A stretch of 64,000 nt of DNA from IMG/VR virus record IMGVR_UViG_3300005512_000001, positions 192,001 through 256,000 of that record, one strand, 5' to 3'. The translations under genes were made by a program, and so were the position numbers. Numbering within the stretch: position 1 is the stretch's first letter; each line of letters opens with the position of its first letter. This DNA is from a virus (taxonomy: Duplodnaviria; Caudoviricetes). Positions 40,405-50,649 of the stretch are shown one piece after another. Under the pieces are notes generated by a model. The model was not told where the DNA came from. It saw nothing but the letters and a program-made list of their open reading frames with translations, and searched no databases.

Positions 40405-40944
40405 ATGGTTGACAACCCAGACTTTGATTTAGATGACGTTATAAACCAAATAGAGAATGGTGGTGATGACATACCAGAAGCACCAGAAGCACCAGAAGTA
40501 GAGGAAGACCCGATTGCAAGCCATGAGCCGCAGCTGATACAAATAGATGTTGGTGATATCGACGATGCTGCACCATCAGGGCAACCCAGTGATGCTGTGG
40601 CTAAATTGACAGATGAAATAATATCACAATTCGGCGACAAGATTGGGCAAATTTGGAATAAATTACAGGTTGACCGAGAACAACTCGACCATTATATTGG
40701 TATTTTTACCGATAGAATTGTTGACCACGAAAGTACGAAGACTTGTTATGTTGAGGCTTTAACCACGCTGTTAACTACCAAAGCTAGCACATCGATAAAT
40801 GCCAGTAAGTTATTGGATTCCATAGCCAAAATGACTGGAGTTATCAAAAATATAAAAATAGAGAATACTGACGTTGGTGGCTTAAATGCGTTGCTAGACG
40901 AGAGTGTGCCCGATAACGAAGGATTTGACCCTAACGCCCCATAA
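40405..40944 (+). CDS. hypothetical protein, candidate terminase small subunit
   Basis: Helical protein between TerL and portal; positional inference only. Confidence 0.4.
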   Translation: MVDNPDFDLDDVINQIENGGDDIPEAPEAPEVEEDPIASHEPQLIQIDVGDIDDAAPSGQPSDAVAKLTDEIISQFGDKIGQIWNKLQVDREQLDHYIGIFTDRIVDHESTKTCYVEALTTLLTTKASTSINASKLLDSIAKMTGVIKNIKIENTDVGGLNALLDESVPDNEGFDPNAP

Positions 40945-40952
40945 GGTATAGC

Positions 40953-43900
40953 ATGAGTTGGCATTTATTTGATAGAATTCGATCGTTAGTCCGAACTGCT
41001 GGGATATACCAACAAGAGCGGCTGTTCCAGGACCAGTCATCTATAGACCGTATAATGGCTGGTGGGGATTTGTTAGACTTCAGCCAGCAGCAAGCACTAT
41101 TAGACCAAACTAATTTACAAATAAACCGTTTAGAACGGTATAAAGATTATGACCAGATGGATGAAACTGGTGAGATGTCATTAGCATTAGACTTATATGC
41201 TGATGAATCGAGCCTTGTTGACCCAGAACGTAAGCATACGATCATAATTAAAGCACAAAGTAAGACCGTTAAAGAAGAATTAGAGAATTTATTCTTCAAC
41301 CAATTGCTTATTGACAACAATGTAAGGCCGATGGTGCGATATTTATGTAAGTACGGCGACGCGCCGTTTGAAATCGTACCAACAGTAGACCGTGATGGTG
41401 TCGCATCTATACGATTTGTAAATGTCTATAATTTTACACGCGTCGAAACTAAGCATGGCGATTTGGTTGGGTTCTTTTACCAAGATGAGGTCATGGAAGA
41501 ACCACAATTCCTGCATCCATGGCAAACCATGCATTTAAGATTAACTGATTATGGCAATCAATATCATCCATATGGGAGGTGTAAGGATTCTAATTCGCCG
41601 GTTTGGACGCCAAATGGCTGGAAACGGCTGAAGGACCTTAAACCTGGTGACGATGTATTCGCCTGGGATGGCAAAAAAGCTGTGCCTACTAAAGTCGTTA
41701 AATATGTTTCTAATGGTATCAAGAAGACTATTAAAGTTAAGACTAGACATTATTCAGAAGTAATTACACCTGAACATCCTGTTCTGGTGCATAAAGATGG
41801 TGTGCAGGACTATGTACTTGCAAAAAATCTTAAAGTTGGTGACGAGCTTGTTATACCTAAATTGGCATTTAATGATGTGGCGACCCCGATAAAAAGGCAG
41901 TATCGTAGATACAAGCTAAATGAGAAGTATCGTACTATCATTGAATCACATAGCATAGGATATAAGAAATGTGCCAACTTATCTGGAATTAGTAGAAATA
42001 TAACGAGGGGCTTTTTAAGAAGAAATACAGCAGTCTCCAAGGAAAATGCTGACAAGATTATTAAGTTATATGGTTTGGCGGATGATGCTAAAATTGGTGC
42101 TGGTTGGGGTACATCATTAGATTGTAGTTTACCAGAATTTGTTGACGACGAATTTGCAAGATTTTTTGGATTTATGATTGGCGACGGTTGGCTATCGTCG
42201 ACCTGTGTCCAGTTTGCATTGGGTGAGGATGACAAACTGAATGAATATTATATTAATATTCTGGCGAGATATTCTGGCGAATCTAAGATTAATTTTAGGT
42301 ATGACAGAAACAACAAACCCATAGCTGTTATGGCGAATAATACTGTTTTAGCAGATACGCTATTCGACATGGGATTGAATGCGAAAGCTGCTCATAAACA
42401 AATACCAGAATGGGTTTTTAATTCTAGTAAAGATATTGCTATTAATTTTGTACAAGGGTTGTTGGATTCTGATGGTTGCGCCTACTTAGATAGAGAAAAA
42501 TATTTAAGATTCCATCATGTTACTGCTAGTATGAACTTGATAACTAGTTTAAAAATTTTGCTGCATAAAATTGGTGTGAAGTGTGGGCATATTTGTACTG
42601 GGCATAATCACAAATTTAATTCTGATGAACTTGGTGCGTTAAGACATCAATTAACATATTATCAGTCTGAATTGCCTTTTGAAGGTAATGCGTTATTTGA
42701 GAGAGTAATTTCAATAGAGGAAGGCGATGAAATAGAAGTTGGTGATATTCAGGTTGAATCTGAATATCATAATTTTGTCGCAGATGGCATAGTTATACAT
42801 AATTCGATTATGGAGGGTGGTAGGAAAGCATTTAAACAGTTGCGCTTAATGGAAGATGCTGCGTTGATTTATAGGATTACTAGAGCACCAGAAAAAAGAA
42901 TATTCAAGATTCCAATTGGAAATATTGCAGCGAAAGATGTCCCTGAGTTTATGCAAAGCATCGCACGAACATTCAAGCAGCAACGATTTTATGACCCTAG
43001 AACCGGGAAGTTCAACGAAAGATTCTCCCCATTGATTCAAGAAGATGATTTCTTCCTTCCTGTTAGACCGGACGGGACCAGCCCAGATATTACTACTCTT
43101 AAGGGTGCTGAGAATCTTGACCAAATTGCTGATATTGAATATTTTAAAAAGAAGATGATTGCCCCGACTAAAATCCCATTTAAACGTGTGGGTGTCGGTG
43201 AAGGCTCTGGGGAAGAACAAGAGAAATCATTATCATCAAGCGATGCACAATTCGCCAAAGCAGTACAGTGGGTGCAGCGCGAAATTTCTATTGGGTTAAC
43301 CAAGGTTGCAATTTGTCATCTGGCCATGGCTGGATATTCGATTGATGATTTGAAGAATTTCGAAATCAGTATGAGTGCAACCAGCGCAATTGATGAATTA
43401 TATAGAATGGAAACATGGCAAGGACGCACTGCTGTTATGTCTGACCTTAAAGACCTCGGTTGGTTCCCGCGTGAATGGATTGTGACGCGGTTTACAGACC
43501 TAAGCCCGGACGAAATAGATGAGTTATCTGAGATTATGTCCAAACAGACTGAATTGCCGACGGAAGAAGAGGGTGGCGGCCTTGGCGGCCTCGGGGGCCT
43601 TGGCCTTCCCGGTGGTGGCGAAGAGTTGCCAGGTCTTGAAGGTGAGGGCGGACTAGAAGGGTTAGAAGGTGCAGAAGCCGAAGGTGGAGCTGAAGCTGCT
43701 GCAGCGGAGCCACCAGAGGCTGATTTGGCGGGGTTAGGCGAGGTGGGCGAGCGACTAGATAAACGCAATAAGAATATATTAATAGAAATAGCGAATCAGA
43801 ATAAATATGAATTATTGCGTGAATTTATATCTCGTGTCAATAAGCGAGTAAATTCTCCAAGCTTGTCAGCATATATTAACTTGTTAAATAATAATGAGTT

Positions 43901-44012
43901 AGACGGATTAAAACGCAAGGATAGCGAAAACGTACTTATTGAGTCTATTATAGACAAAGAGGTACGTGATAAAGTAGTGATGGAATTTCGGGATGTGTTG
44001 GTAGAGAGATAG
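40953..44012 (+). CDS. gp20: portal protein with intein
   Basis: ALDLYADE, PYGR|SIME, LRLMEDAALIYRITRAPEKRIF, EDDFFLP, DIEYFKKK. Confidence 0.96.
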   Translation: MSWHLFDRIRSLVRTAGIYQQERLFQDQSSIDRIMAGGDLLDFSQQQALLDQTNLQINRLERYKDYDQMDETGEMSLALDLYADESSLVDPERKHTIIIKAQSKTVKEELENLFFNQLLIDNNVRPMVRYLCKYGDAPFEIVPTVDRDGVASIRFVNVYNFTRVETKHGDLVGFFYQDEVMEEPQFLHPWQTMHLRLTDYGNQYHPYGRCKDSNSPVWTPNGWKRLKDLKPGDDVFAWDGKKAVPTKVVKYVSNGIKKTIKVKTRHYSEVITPEHPVLVHKDGVQDYVLAKNLKVGDELVIPKLAFNDVATPIKRQYRRYKLNEKYRTIIESHSIGYKKCANLSGISRNITRGFLRRNTAVSKENADKIIKLYGLADDAKIGAGWGTSLDCSLPEFVDDEFARFFGFMIGDGWLSSTCVQFALGEDDKLNEYYINILARYSGESKINFRYDRNNKPIAVMANNTVLADTLFDMGLNAKAAHKQIPEWVFNSSKDIAINFVQGLLDSDGCAYLDREKYLRFHHVTASMNLITSLKILLHKIGVKCGHICTGHNHKFNSDELGALRHQLTYYQSELPFEGNALFERVISIEEGDEIEVGDIQVESEYHNFVADGIVIHNSIMEGGRKAFKQLRLMEDAALIYRITRAPEKRIFKIPIGNIAAKDVPEFMQSIARTFKQQRFYDPRTGKFNERFSPLIQEDDFFLPVRPDGTSPDITTLKGAENLDQIADIEYFKKKMIAPTKIPFKRVGVGEGSGEEQEKSLSSSDAQFAKAVQWVQREISIGLTKVAICHLAMAGYSIDDLKNFEISMSATSAIDELYRMETWQGRTAVMSDLKDLGWFPREWIVTRFTDLSPDEIDELSEIMSKQTELPTEEEGGGLGGLGGLGLPGGGEELPGLEGEGGLEGLEGAEAEGGAEAAAAEPPEADLAGLGEVGERLDKRNKNILIEIANQNKYELLREFISRVNKRVNSPSLSAYINLLNNNELDGLKRKDSENVLIESIIDKEVRDKVVMEFRDVLVER
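41580..42803 (+). mobile_element. intein with LAGLIDADG endonuclease (408 aa)
   Basis: CKDSNSPV..ITPEHP..FFGFMIGDG..VQGLLDSDG..HNFVADGIVIHN|S. Confidence 0.94.
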
Positions 44013-44079
44013 ATAGTATTTTTATGCTGTCTGTTCAAATATATTTATAAGTTTGGGTAACTAGTTATTGGAGCGTGTA

Positions 44080-46773
44080 ATGGCTAATAGAAATCAGGAG
44101 TCTACTGCATCCGTCATTGATGAGAAAATGACAATGGATACCAGGAAGTTCTTGTCTGCCATCAATAATTCTGCGCAATCTCAAGTGGCATTTTTTGAAG
44201 ATGCTGTTAGACGATTGGGTGGGCGTTATGGCCGCGAGTGGGAACTTACCGCATTACAAAGCAATAGGATGATTATTGAAGACGTTGAATCACACGACTT
44301 CATGGTCGCCGAACATGCACGTGAAAAAGGCGGTAGGGTCAAGATTACTAATGTCAAAATGATTGAGCTGCATGAAGATAAAAAGCCAGAACTATTTGAG
44401 CAATCTTGCCTTGCTCTAGTTGAGGCGATTGAGACAGGTGATGCGAAAGCTGTCGATGCGGCTTTCAATAAAATTGCAGCCAGTCGATTTAGGTCTACCG
44501 CAGTGCCTACTAGCGGCATTGTGAAGACAAAAGATGGAATTATTCGCCATATTGCGGTCAGCGAAGACAGCAATGGACGCACGCTAGCGGATAGAATTAT
44601 TGAATGTCTATCTGATAAAGTTACTCTGAATGAGTCTGGCCAAATAGAGGCTTCATTTATTGATGATGATTTCCGCGACTTGAAATTAGGTGTGACGGAG
44701 CTTACGACCCGCAAGCTAGTCGCTCGTCACATGCAAGAAGCGGCCAAGGGTGCATATCAAAGTAGTAATTTCCAAACGCTTGTAGAGACCATCGCTGGAT
44801 TAATCTGCAAAGACAATCTTGAGCAGGCTGTAGAATATGCTGGCAAATTCTTGCGCGAACACCAGGAATTTTGTCTGCTAGATGCCCATAATTGGAATAC
44901 ATTGGTTGCGAATACCTTAGCAACCAAGGCGTGTTTTAATGAAGACCTGATTGGCGATGTTGCTACGTTGATGCGCAAGACTAATTTAAAGGCAAACCGC
45001 ATTGACCTGATTGAAGCTTGGCGTAAGACAGCCGAACGTGCAAATCATCCAGTAATGCTAGAAAATGTTGACACGTTATCTGAAGCTAAGGACTTTGAAG
45101 AGGCATACGACCAATTCTTAGGTGTGATACTAGAAGCTACTGGTGAAGTCACTAAGGGTGCACTGATAAGTGGTTTGGAAATGCTGAAGCAGAAGGTCGA
45201 AAGTGGCGATGTTGATGACCCAACTAAGGAAGAGTTGGATGCCATGATTCAGGACCTGAGGCAGACTGGAGATTCTCAAGCTGTATGGAAAGCTATGGAG
45301 ACTCTAGACTCAGTGAGACGCCATATCGATAAGATGCAAGGGATGGATGACTTCGATGAAATGCCTGGCCCACTAGAGGATGAGCCAGCTGGCGACCTTG
45401 ATGCTGATGCAGGGCTTGGCGAGGCTGGTAGTCTTGATGCGGCAACAGTTAGTGGTGGTGGAGATAAACCGCTTAAAGTTAGCATAGAGATGGATCCAGT
45501 CGCAATGGCACAAGGTGCACAGGCATCAGCCCCAGCCCCGGCCTTGGAGCCGTCTGCTGAAGAAGAGGGCAGCAAGTTTGATTTATCATCGCTTGATGAT
45601 ATAGACTTGGAAGGCGAAGACATTGGTGATGAGGAAGAGGAAGAGAAGCTAAATTTAGCCGCCTCGAAAGAGAAAGACGATGAGCCAATTTCTGAATCTG
45701 CGGAATCCGATGATGCGGTAGCTGATTTTTTGAAGAGTGAAGGCATTGATGGTGGCGTAATTGATATTACACAAGATAGTGTAGATGAAAGTGTAGAAGT
45801 AGAGGAAGTTGAGACTGAAGAAGTAGAAGAAGTTGTAGAAGAATCAGACGACCCATATAGCCTTCCGGCGGACATTGAATTAGAAGATGTCCAAATCGAT
45901 AAGAGCTACCAGACATTTATGGAAGAGATTTCTGATTCCGACGCTGTAGCATTTGGCGATTCTCTAGAAAATCCAGAAGAAGAAGACCCGGATGCATTGC
46001 AGGCACATGCTGAAGCATGGGTTCGCGATAAGATGAAAGCCAAAATTGGTGGTGTTCAAGACCCAAAACAACAGCAGCAAGATGTCACTGATTTGGCTGG
46101 CCAATTACTTGCTAAGAGGCTAGAGGCTAGGAAACAGGGCATGGGTGAGGGTAAGGATTCTGATGATGGGATAAGTGAGAATCAATATAAGAGTCCATTG
46201 GTGCAATTATCAAAGCGCGGGCTGAAGAAGGCTGCTGTAAGTAAGCTAGTTAAAGAAGGCAAATTCCAGTGGCTTGATAAAATGGATAATGCAGTTTTAG
46301 GGCAGTTTAAAGATGTTAAATTCGTCCTGGACCACACTGAAAAGCCTACCGCTGTTTTAAGTGAGAATGGCGAAGTCCAGGTGCCAGTACCAGATGAGTT
46401 AGTCGCTGGCGCGTTGTTCCTGTCGGCTATGTCCGACCAGGAAGCTGAAGCAGATGCTTTTGTGGAATGGTTGGATCAACATATTGAATCCTTAAGAATT
46501 ACAGAGGACTCGATTGATGAGACAGCAAAAATTATGGAAGAGCAGGCTGATGGGCCAGATGCTATGGAGCGGGTTGAAGAACTCACTGCTGAGCCAGACG
46601 GCGAAGAGGTAGTTGAGGAGTCTGAAGCCAGTGAAGAAGCAGAAGGGTCTGAGGCAGTGTCAGAAAGTTTACCTCCAGCGTTAGAAAAGCACAAATTCAA
46701 AGCTAAGGGCGAAGCTGAAGAGAACGACGAAGATGATAGTGAAGACGAAGCTGAAGAGAACGACGAAGAATAA
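44080..46773 (+). CDS. large acidic prohead core/scaffold-like protein
   Basis: Between portal and protease; CAAATATA at 44036; many hydrophobic-x-E sites. Confidence 0.6.
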   Translation: MANRNQESTASVIDEKMTMDTRKFLSAINNSAQSQVAFFEDAVRRLGGRYGREWELTALQSNRMIIEDVESHDFMVAEHAREKGGRVKITNVKMIELHEDKKPELFEQSCLALVEAIETGDAKAVDAAFNKIAASRFRSTAVPTSGIVKTKDGIIRHIAVSEDSNGRTLADRIIECLSDKVTLNESGQIEASFIDDDFRDLKLGVTELTTRKLVARHMQEAAKGAYQSSNFQTLVETIAGLICKDNLEQAVEYAGKFLREHQEFCLLDAHNWNTLVANTLATKACFNEDLIGDVATLMRKTNLKANRIDLIEAWRKTAERANHPVMLENVDTLSEAKDFEEAYDQFLGVILEATGEVTKGALISGLEMLKQKVESGDVDDPTKEELDAMIQDLRQTGDSQAVWKAMETLDSVRRHIDKMQGMDDFDEMPGPLEDEPAGDLDADAGLGEAGSLDAATVSGGGDKPLKVSIEMDPVAMAQGAQASAPAPALEPSAEEEGSKFDLSSLDDIDLEGEDIGDEEEEEKLNLAASKEKDDEPISESAESDDAVADFLKSEGIDGGVIDITQDSVDESVEVEEVETEEVEEVVEESDDPYSLPADIELEDVQIDKSYQTFMEEISDSDAVAFGDSLENPEEEDPDALQAHAEAWVRDKMKAKIGGVQDPKQQQQDVTDLAGQLLAKRLEARKQGMGEGKDSDDGISENQYKSPLVQLSKRGLKKAAVSKLVKEGKFQWLDKMDNAVLGQFKDVKFVLDHTEKPTAVLSENGEVQVPVPDELVAGALFLSAMSDQEAEADAFVEWLDQHIESLRITEDSIDETAKIMEEQADGPDAMERVEELTAEPDGEEVVEESEASEEAEGSEAVSESLPPALEKHKFKAKGEAEENDEDDSEDEAEENDEE

Positions 46774-46789
46774 ATAGCAAATCTCAAAT

Positions 46790-46823
46790 GAAACGGCGTA
46801 AGATTTTGGTCTTACGCCGTTTC
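46790..46823 (+). terminator. intrinsic terminator-like hairpin
   Basis: GAAACGGCGTAAGA / TCTTACGCCGTTTC. Confidence 0.75.
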
Positions 46824-46859
46824 TATATGCCAGCAAATATAAATTAACAGGAGTAAAAT

Positions 46860-47555
46860 ATGATTACTAGGCAGTATAGTACATTTAATAGAGGGTTGGT
46901 TGCACAAACTGGGGCTATTCCTACTGGTGCACAATTCTTACAAGAGACTTACCCGCTTGAGATAAAAGACATCAAACAGGTCGTCTCAGAAGCTAGTGGC
47001 GATGGCAAGCCAGCTTTGAGGATTACTGGAGTCTTCCAGAAGTCAGATGACTTGAATCAAAACGGCCGACAGTATCCGCATGATATCTTGTCTGAAGCTG
47101 TGGGGGCGATTCAGGATGATATTGGGCGTCGAGTTGTTATGGGTGAGTTTGACCACCCGCCGGATGCTAAGATTCACTTAGAACGAGTCAGCCATCTAAT
47201 CACTAAGGTATGGATGGAAGGGAAATATGTTTATGGTGAGGCGGAAGTAGTAGAAGGCACCACACATGGCCGCAATTTATCTGCCTTATTGAGAGCTGGT
47301 GTAAAAATTGGTATTTCGTCACGCGGTGTTGGTGACATGGAATGTGTAAATGAGGGAATGGACGATGAACGGTATATTGTCCAGCCTGGCTATAGATTCG
47401 TGACATGGGATGTGGTTGGTGAGCCTTCTGTGCAAGAGGCAACTATGTCCGTAATGGAAAGCAAGAATAGAGGCATCATTACAAGAGCTAAGTTACGTCA
47501 GAGTGACCCAGAACTTGCTTTGCTAGACGAATTGCGGCGTACATTAGAACTTTGA
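46860..47555 (+). CDS. gp21: prohead core protease
   Basis: NQNGRQYP, GEFDHP, VSHLIT, GISSRGVG, TWDVVGEPS. Confidence 0.95.
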   Translation: MITRQYSTFNRGLVAQTGAIPTGAQFLQETYPLEIKDIKQVVSEASGDGKPALRITGVFQKSDDLNQNGRQYPHDILSEAVGAIQDDIGRRVVMGEFDHPPDAKIHLERVSHLITKVWMEGKYVYGEAEVVEGTTHGRNLSALLRAGVKIGISSRGVGDMECVNEGMDDERYIVQPGYRFVTWDVVGEPSVQEATMSVMESKNRGIITRAKLRQSDPELALLDELRRTLEL

Positions 47556-47588
47556 AAAATAATGCCCCATTAATGGGGCATTATTTTT
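47555..47588. terminator. perfect 34-bp palindrome, bidirectional terminator-like
   Basis: AAAAATAATGCCCCATT AATGGGGCATTATTTTT. Confidence 0.8.
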
Positions 47589-47622
47589 ATGTATTAATTA
47601 ACCAGCAATGTACGGAGATATT

Positions 47623-49101
47623 ATGAAGCATAATATAAACGCCGAAGAAGTAATAGCTCGATATAAATCTGGGATGTCAATCTATCAAGTAGCTAAAAAA
47701 CTTGGTATAGGCAAGAGCACTGCTCATAGAATCCTGAAAGAGAATAACATACCAACAAATAAAAAACAAAAGAAGAAGCGTCAGAATGCACAGCAAATAT
47801 GTGATTATTATGTTGCTGGAAACTCTGCAATTAAGACTGCTGTTGAATTTGGTGTAAGCCCTAGTGAGATTTATAGAATTTTGAAATGCAATGATATAAA
47901 ATCACGCTCTTTAGCCGAAGCCGAGAAAGTATCACAACCTTCTAGATATATTTCTAAATCAAGGTCGCAGTCAGTTGATGAAGAATGGTTGCGCATACGA
48001 TTCGTAGACCAAAAAATGACATGTGGTGAAATCTCCGACAAATATGGTATTAATATTTCGACGTTGAATTACTATAAACGAAAATTTGGCATAAAACGCC
48101 CACCCGAGCAGAAAGCCATAATCCAATCTAGAATAAGTAAGAGATTATGGAAAGATGATAATTATAAAAACCAAATGTCACTTGCTATAGCCTCTACACA
48201 AAAGGTCTCAGTAATTCAAGAAGCTCTGTATTCTATGCTTGATGATTTACAAGTTGCTTATTATAGGGAATATAATGATAAAGAAGATGATGTGCAATGC
48301 CGGATAGGCCCATATAGCTTCGACTGTGTGGTTCCTAGAGATAACAGACCAACTTTATTAATAGAAGTGCAAGGCGAGTATTGGCATTCATTAAAAAGGA
48401 CTATAGAAAAAGATGTTCAGAAGGCTTCGTATATCTCGAATAATTTCCAAGGCCAATATGAGTTGAAATATATTTGGGAACATGAATTTTCTAATAAGAA
48501 CCATGTTTTAACATCGATAAAGCATTGGTTGGGTTTAGAACAGCCTATATTGATAGATTTTGACTTTGCAGATTTGCAGATTAGGAAATCACCAAGGTCC
48601 GATTATAAATTGTTGTTGTCTAAATACCACTATCTTGCGAATGCCGGGCGTGGTGGCATATCATATGGCGCTTATTTGGGCGATAAACTAATCGCTGTAT
48701 GTATTTTCTCACCTCCGATAAGGCAGAACGTTGACGATTCGCAAAATACACGTGAGTTATCGAGGTTTTGTATTAACCCAAGTTATCAGAAGAAGAATTT
48801 TGCATCATGGTTTATCAGTAGATGTATTAAAAAACTACCGAAGCAATATTCCAAAGTTACTGCTTATAGTGATACGACATTTGAACACTATGGGACTATA
48901 TATTTAGCTGCTAACTTCAAGCAGGTCAGTACAATTAAGCCTGATTATTGGTATAGCTCGCCAAAGGAATGGATAATGCATAAGAGAACATTATATGGTA
49001 GGGCTAAAGCGATGGCTATGACGGAAAAAGAATATGCTACTAAACATTCTTATAAGAAAGTCTACGGTAAGGAAAAATTAAAATTTTTATATGAGCGGTA
49101 A
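47623..49101 (+). CDS. 3xHTH + Vsr/DUF559-type nuclease + Mom-like GNAT fusion
   Basis: YSFD..LIEVQGEYWHS; YHYLANAGRGG; ELSRFCINP; AYSDTTFEHYGTIYLAANF. Confidence 0.8.
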   Translation: MKHNINAEEVIARYKSGMSIYQVAKKLGIGKSTAHRILKENNIPTNKKQKKKRQNAQQICDYYVAGNSAIKTAVEFGVSPSEIYRILKCNDIKSRSLAEAEKVSQPSRYISKSRSQSVDEEWLRIRFVDQKMTCGEISDKYGINISTLNYYKRKFGIKRPPEQKAIIQSRISKRLWKDDNYKNQMSLAIASTQKVSVIQEALYSMLDDLQVAYYREYNDKEDDVQCRIGPYSFDCVVPRDNRPTLLIEVQGEYWHSLKRTIEKDVQKASYISNNFQGQYELKYIWEHEFSNKNHVLTSIKHWLGLEQPILIDFDFADLQIRKSPRSDYKLLLSKYHYLANAGRGGISYGAYLGDKLIAVCIFSPPIRQNVDDSQNTRELSRFCINPSYQKKNFASWFISRCIKKLPKQYSKVTAYSDTTFEHYGTIYLAANFKQVSTIKPDYWYSSPKEWIMHKRTLYGRAKAMAMTEKEYATKHSYKKVYGKEKLKFLYER

Positions 49102-49431
49102 TTATAGGTCTGTTATAGATTTAATAATTTCGCGGGCTATAGCTTTGCCAGTAATAGTCCCAGCATAATCGGGAGATTGCCAGAATCGTAAACTACGGTT
49201 CCTGGCAATCTCCTTTTTTGTAGGTGTCCACCCCTTCTTACCAGCACAGGATTTGCAGATATATTTGTCATTTCCTCGTTTGTGTTGTCGGTATACTGCT
49301 TCAGCCGACACAACTACTTCTTTTTGGCATTTTGAGCATCTGATGCAGACTTCGTTCCTTAGCAAAACTGGGTCTTCGCTGACGATATTATTAGCACCCA
49401 TAGATTTTAATATATTTAATATTTTGTTCAT
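49102..49431 (-). CDS. Zn-ribbon protein resembling the N-terminus of 31965-33593
   Basis: CSKC..YICKSC..RSLRFW..Y; AGGAG RBS. Confidence 0.6.
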   Translation of the reverse strand: MNKILNILKSMGANNIVSEDPVLLRNEVCIRCSKCQKEVVVSAEAVYRQHKRGNDKYICKSCAGKKGWTPTKKEIARNRSLRFWQSPDYAGTITGKAIAREIIKSITDL

Positions 49432-49501
49432 ATAGCTCCTATCAAATATAACTTGGATATGATGGACGAGATTCATCTATTAAATACAATAGGAGAAAAT
49501 A

Positions 49502-49819
49502 ATGGCCAAACAAAAGAAAACATTGGAAGGTTTCGGCTCACCTAGCACTAGCGGTCAAAACAACCTCGCTGGCACGCTGAAGAATCTTGGCAAAATGCTA
49601 AGCACGAAGGGTGTTCGTCCGGTTGGTGGCAATGTTACTGGTGTAACTAGTGGTGGAAAGGCTGCAAGTGGTGATGTTAAACTAAAGCCACTTGGTGGTA
49701 AAGGCATTGCTGGCGGCGGCCAAGGGCCAAAGGAAATGCCGAAGGCGAATGTTGGTTTGAAGACGACTAATCTTGGTGGCAAGAATCTTGGTGGCAAGAA
49801 TGTAAGAGAACAGCCATAA
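49502..49819 (+). CDS. Gly/Lys-rich basic low-complexity protein in head cluster
   Basis: AGGAG RBS; NLGGK repeats. Confidence 0.65.
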   Translation: MAKQKKTLEGFGSPSTSGQNNLAGTLKNLGKMLSTKGVRPVGGNVTGVTSGGKAASGDVKLKPLGGKGIAGGGQGPKEMPKANVGLKTTNLGGKNLGGKNVREQP

Positions 49820-49880
49820 TGGTTGTAATAGGTAATTTAATAATTCAAATTCCACGCAAAAATAGATTTGGAGATTCAAG

Positions 49881-50621
49881 ATGGATAAGATTAGGGCATT
49901 GCTTGAACAAATAGGCGGTTCTAAAGAGCTGGTCACTCAGATTATCGAGTCTCTGAGTGCCTACAAGACTAAGGTTGAAGAGGATATCAAAAACCAATAT
50001 AGCCAACGTCTTAATACAGCTAAAGAAGCTTGCTTAGAAGAAGTAGAAACTTACAAACGAGATTTAGCTCAAAAAACGCAGATTTTCTTCGAATCCAGAG
50101 TGGAGAAAATCGAGCAGCAAATTGCGAAGCAAGTGGCAATTAAGGATTCTGCCGCTGAAACCAAACTTCACGCTATAGCATCCTTATTGGAAGGCGTAGA
50201 AGTAAATGGCGAAGGCAACAATGCAGACCTCCAAGCCGCACAAAAGCAGGTTAAAGAGCTGCGTGAGCAAATCCGCAAGGTCGAGTCTCAGAACAAGATA
50301 CTCGCGGAAAAGGCGAATCGTTCGCATTCTATCGCCGAAAAGACTCTGGATAGGAATAAGGTTCTTTCCAAGGAACTAGCTGAAGCTGCCAAGCGTAGTG
50401 AGACTCCAATTGCAGAATCTAAGGCCAAAAAGACCGAAGATAAAGGCAAGAAGAAGTCCAAAAAGACTATCGCTGAAGGACGCAAGGCGCAGAAGCCAGT
50501 GACTTCCAGGAAGACAAGCGAAGGCCAACTTGCTAAGCCGCAGAAGAAGGTCGATGATTCGCCAGCCCCAGCTGCTTTAGGTGGATTCACACCTCATGGC
50601 ATCGCGGCCCAGATGGACTAA
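49881..50621 (+). CDS. prohead scaffold gp22-like
   Basis: Coiled coil immediately upstream of the MCP. Confidence 0.7.
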   Translation: MDKIRALLEQIGGSKELVTQIIESLSAYKTKVEEDIKNQYSQRLNTAKEACLEEVETYKRDLAQKTQIFFESRVEKIEQQIAKQVAIKDSAAETKLHAIASLLEGVEVNGEGNNADLQAAQKQVKELREQIRKVESQNKILAEKANRSHSIAEKTLDRNKVLSKELAEAAKRSETPIAESKAKKTEDKGKKKSKKTIAEGRKAQKPVTSRKTSEGQLAKPQKKVDDSPAPAALGGFTPHGIAAQMD

Positions 50622-50649
50622 TAATTTAAAATTAACTAGGAGTTGAATC

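Noticed and set aside
34007-46787. Long antisense ORFs (e.g. 34007-34684, 36007-36609, 37283-37882, 45276-45875)
   Set aside because: Shadows of well-supported genes; Ser-rich mirror of acidic codons, no RBS or motifs.
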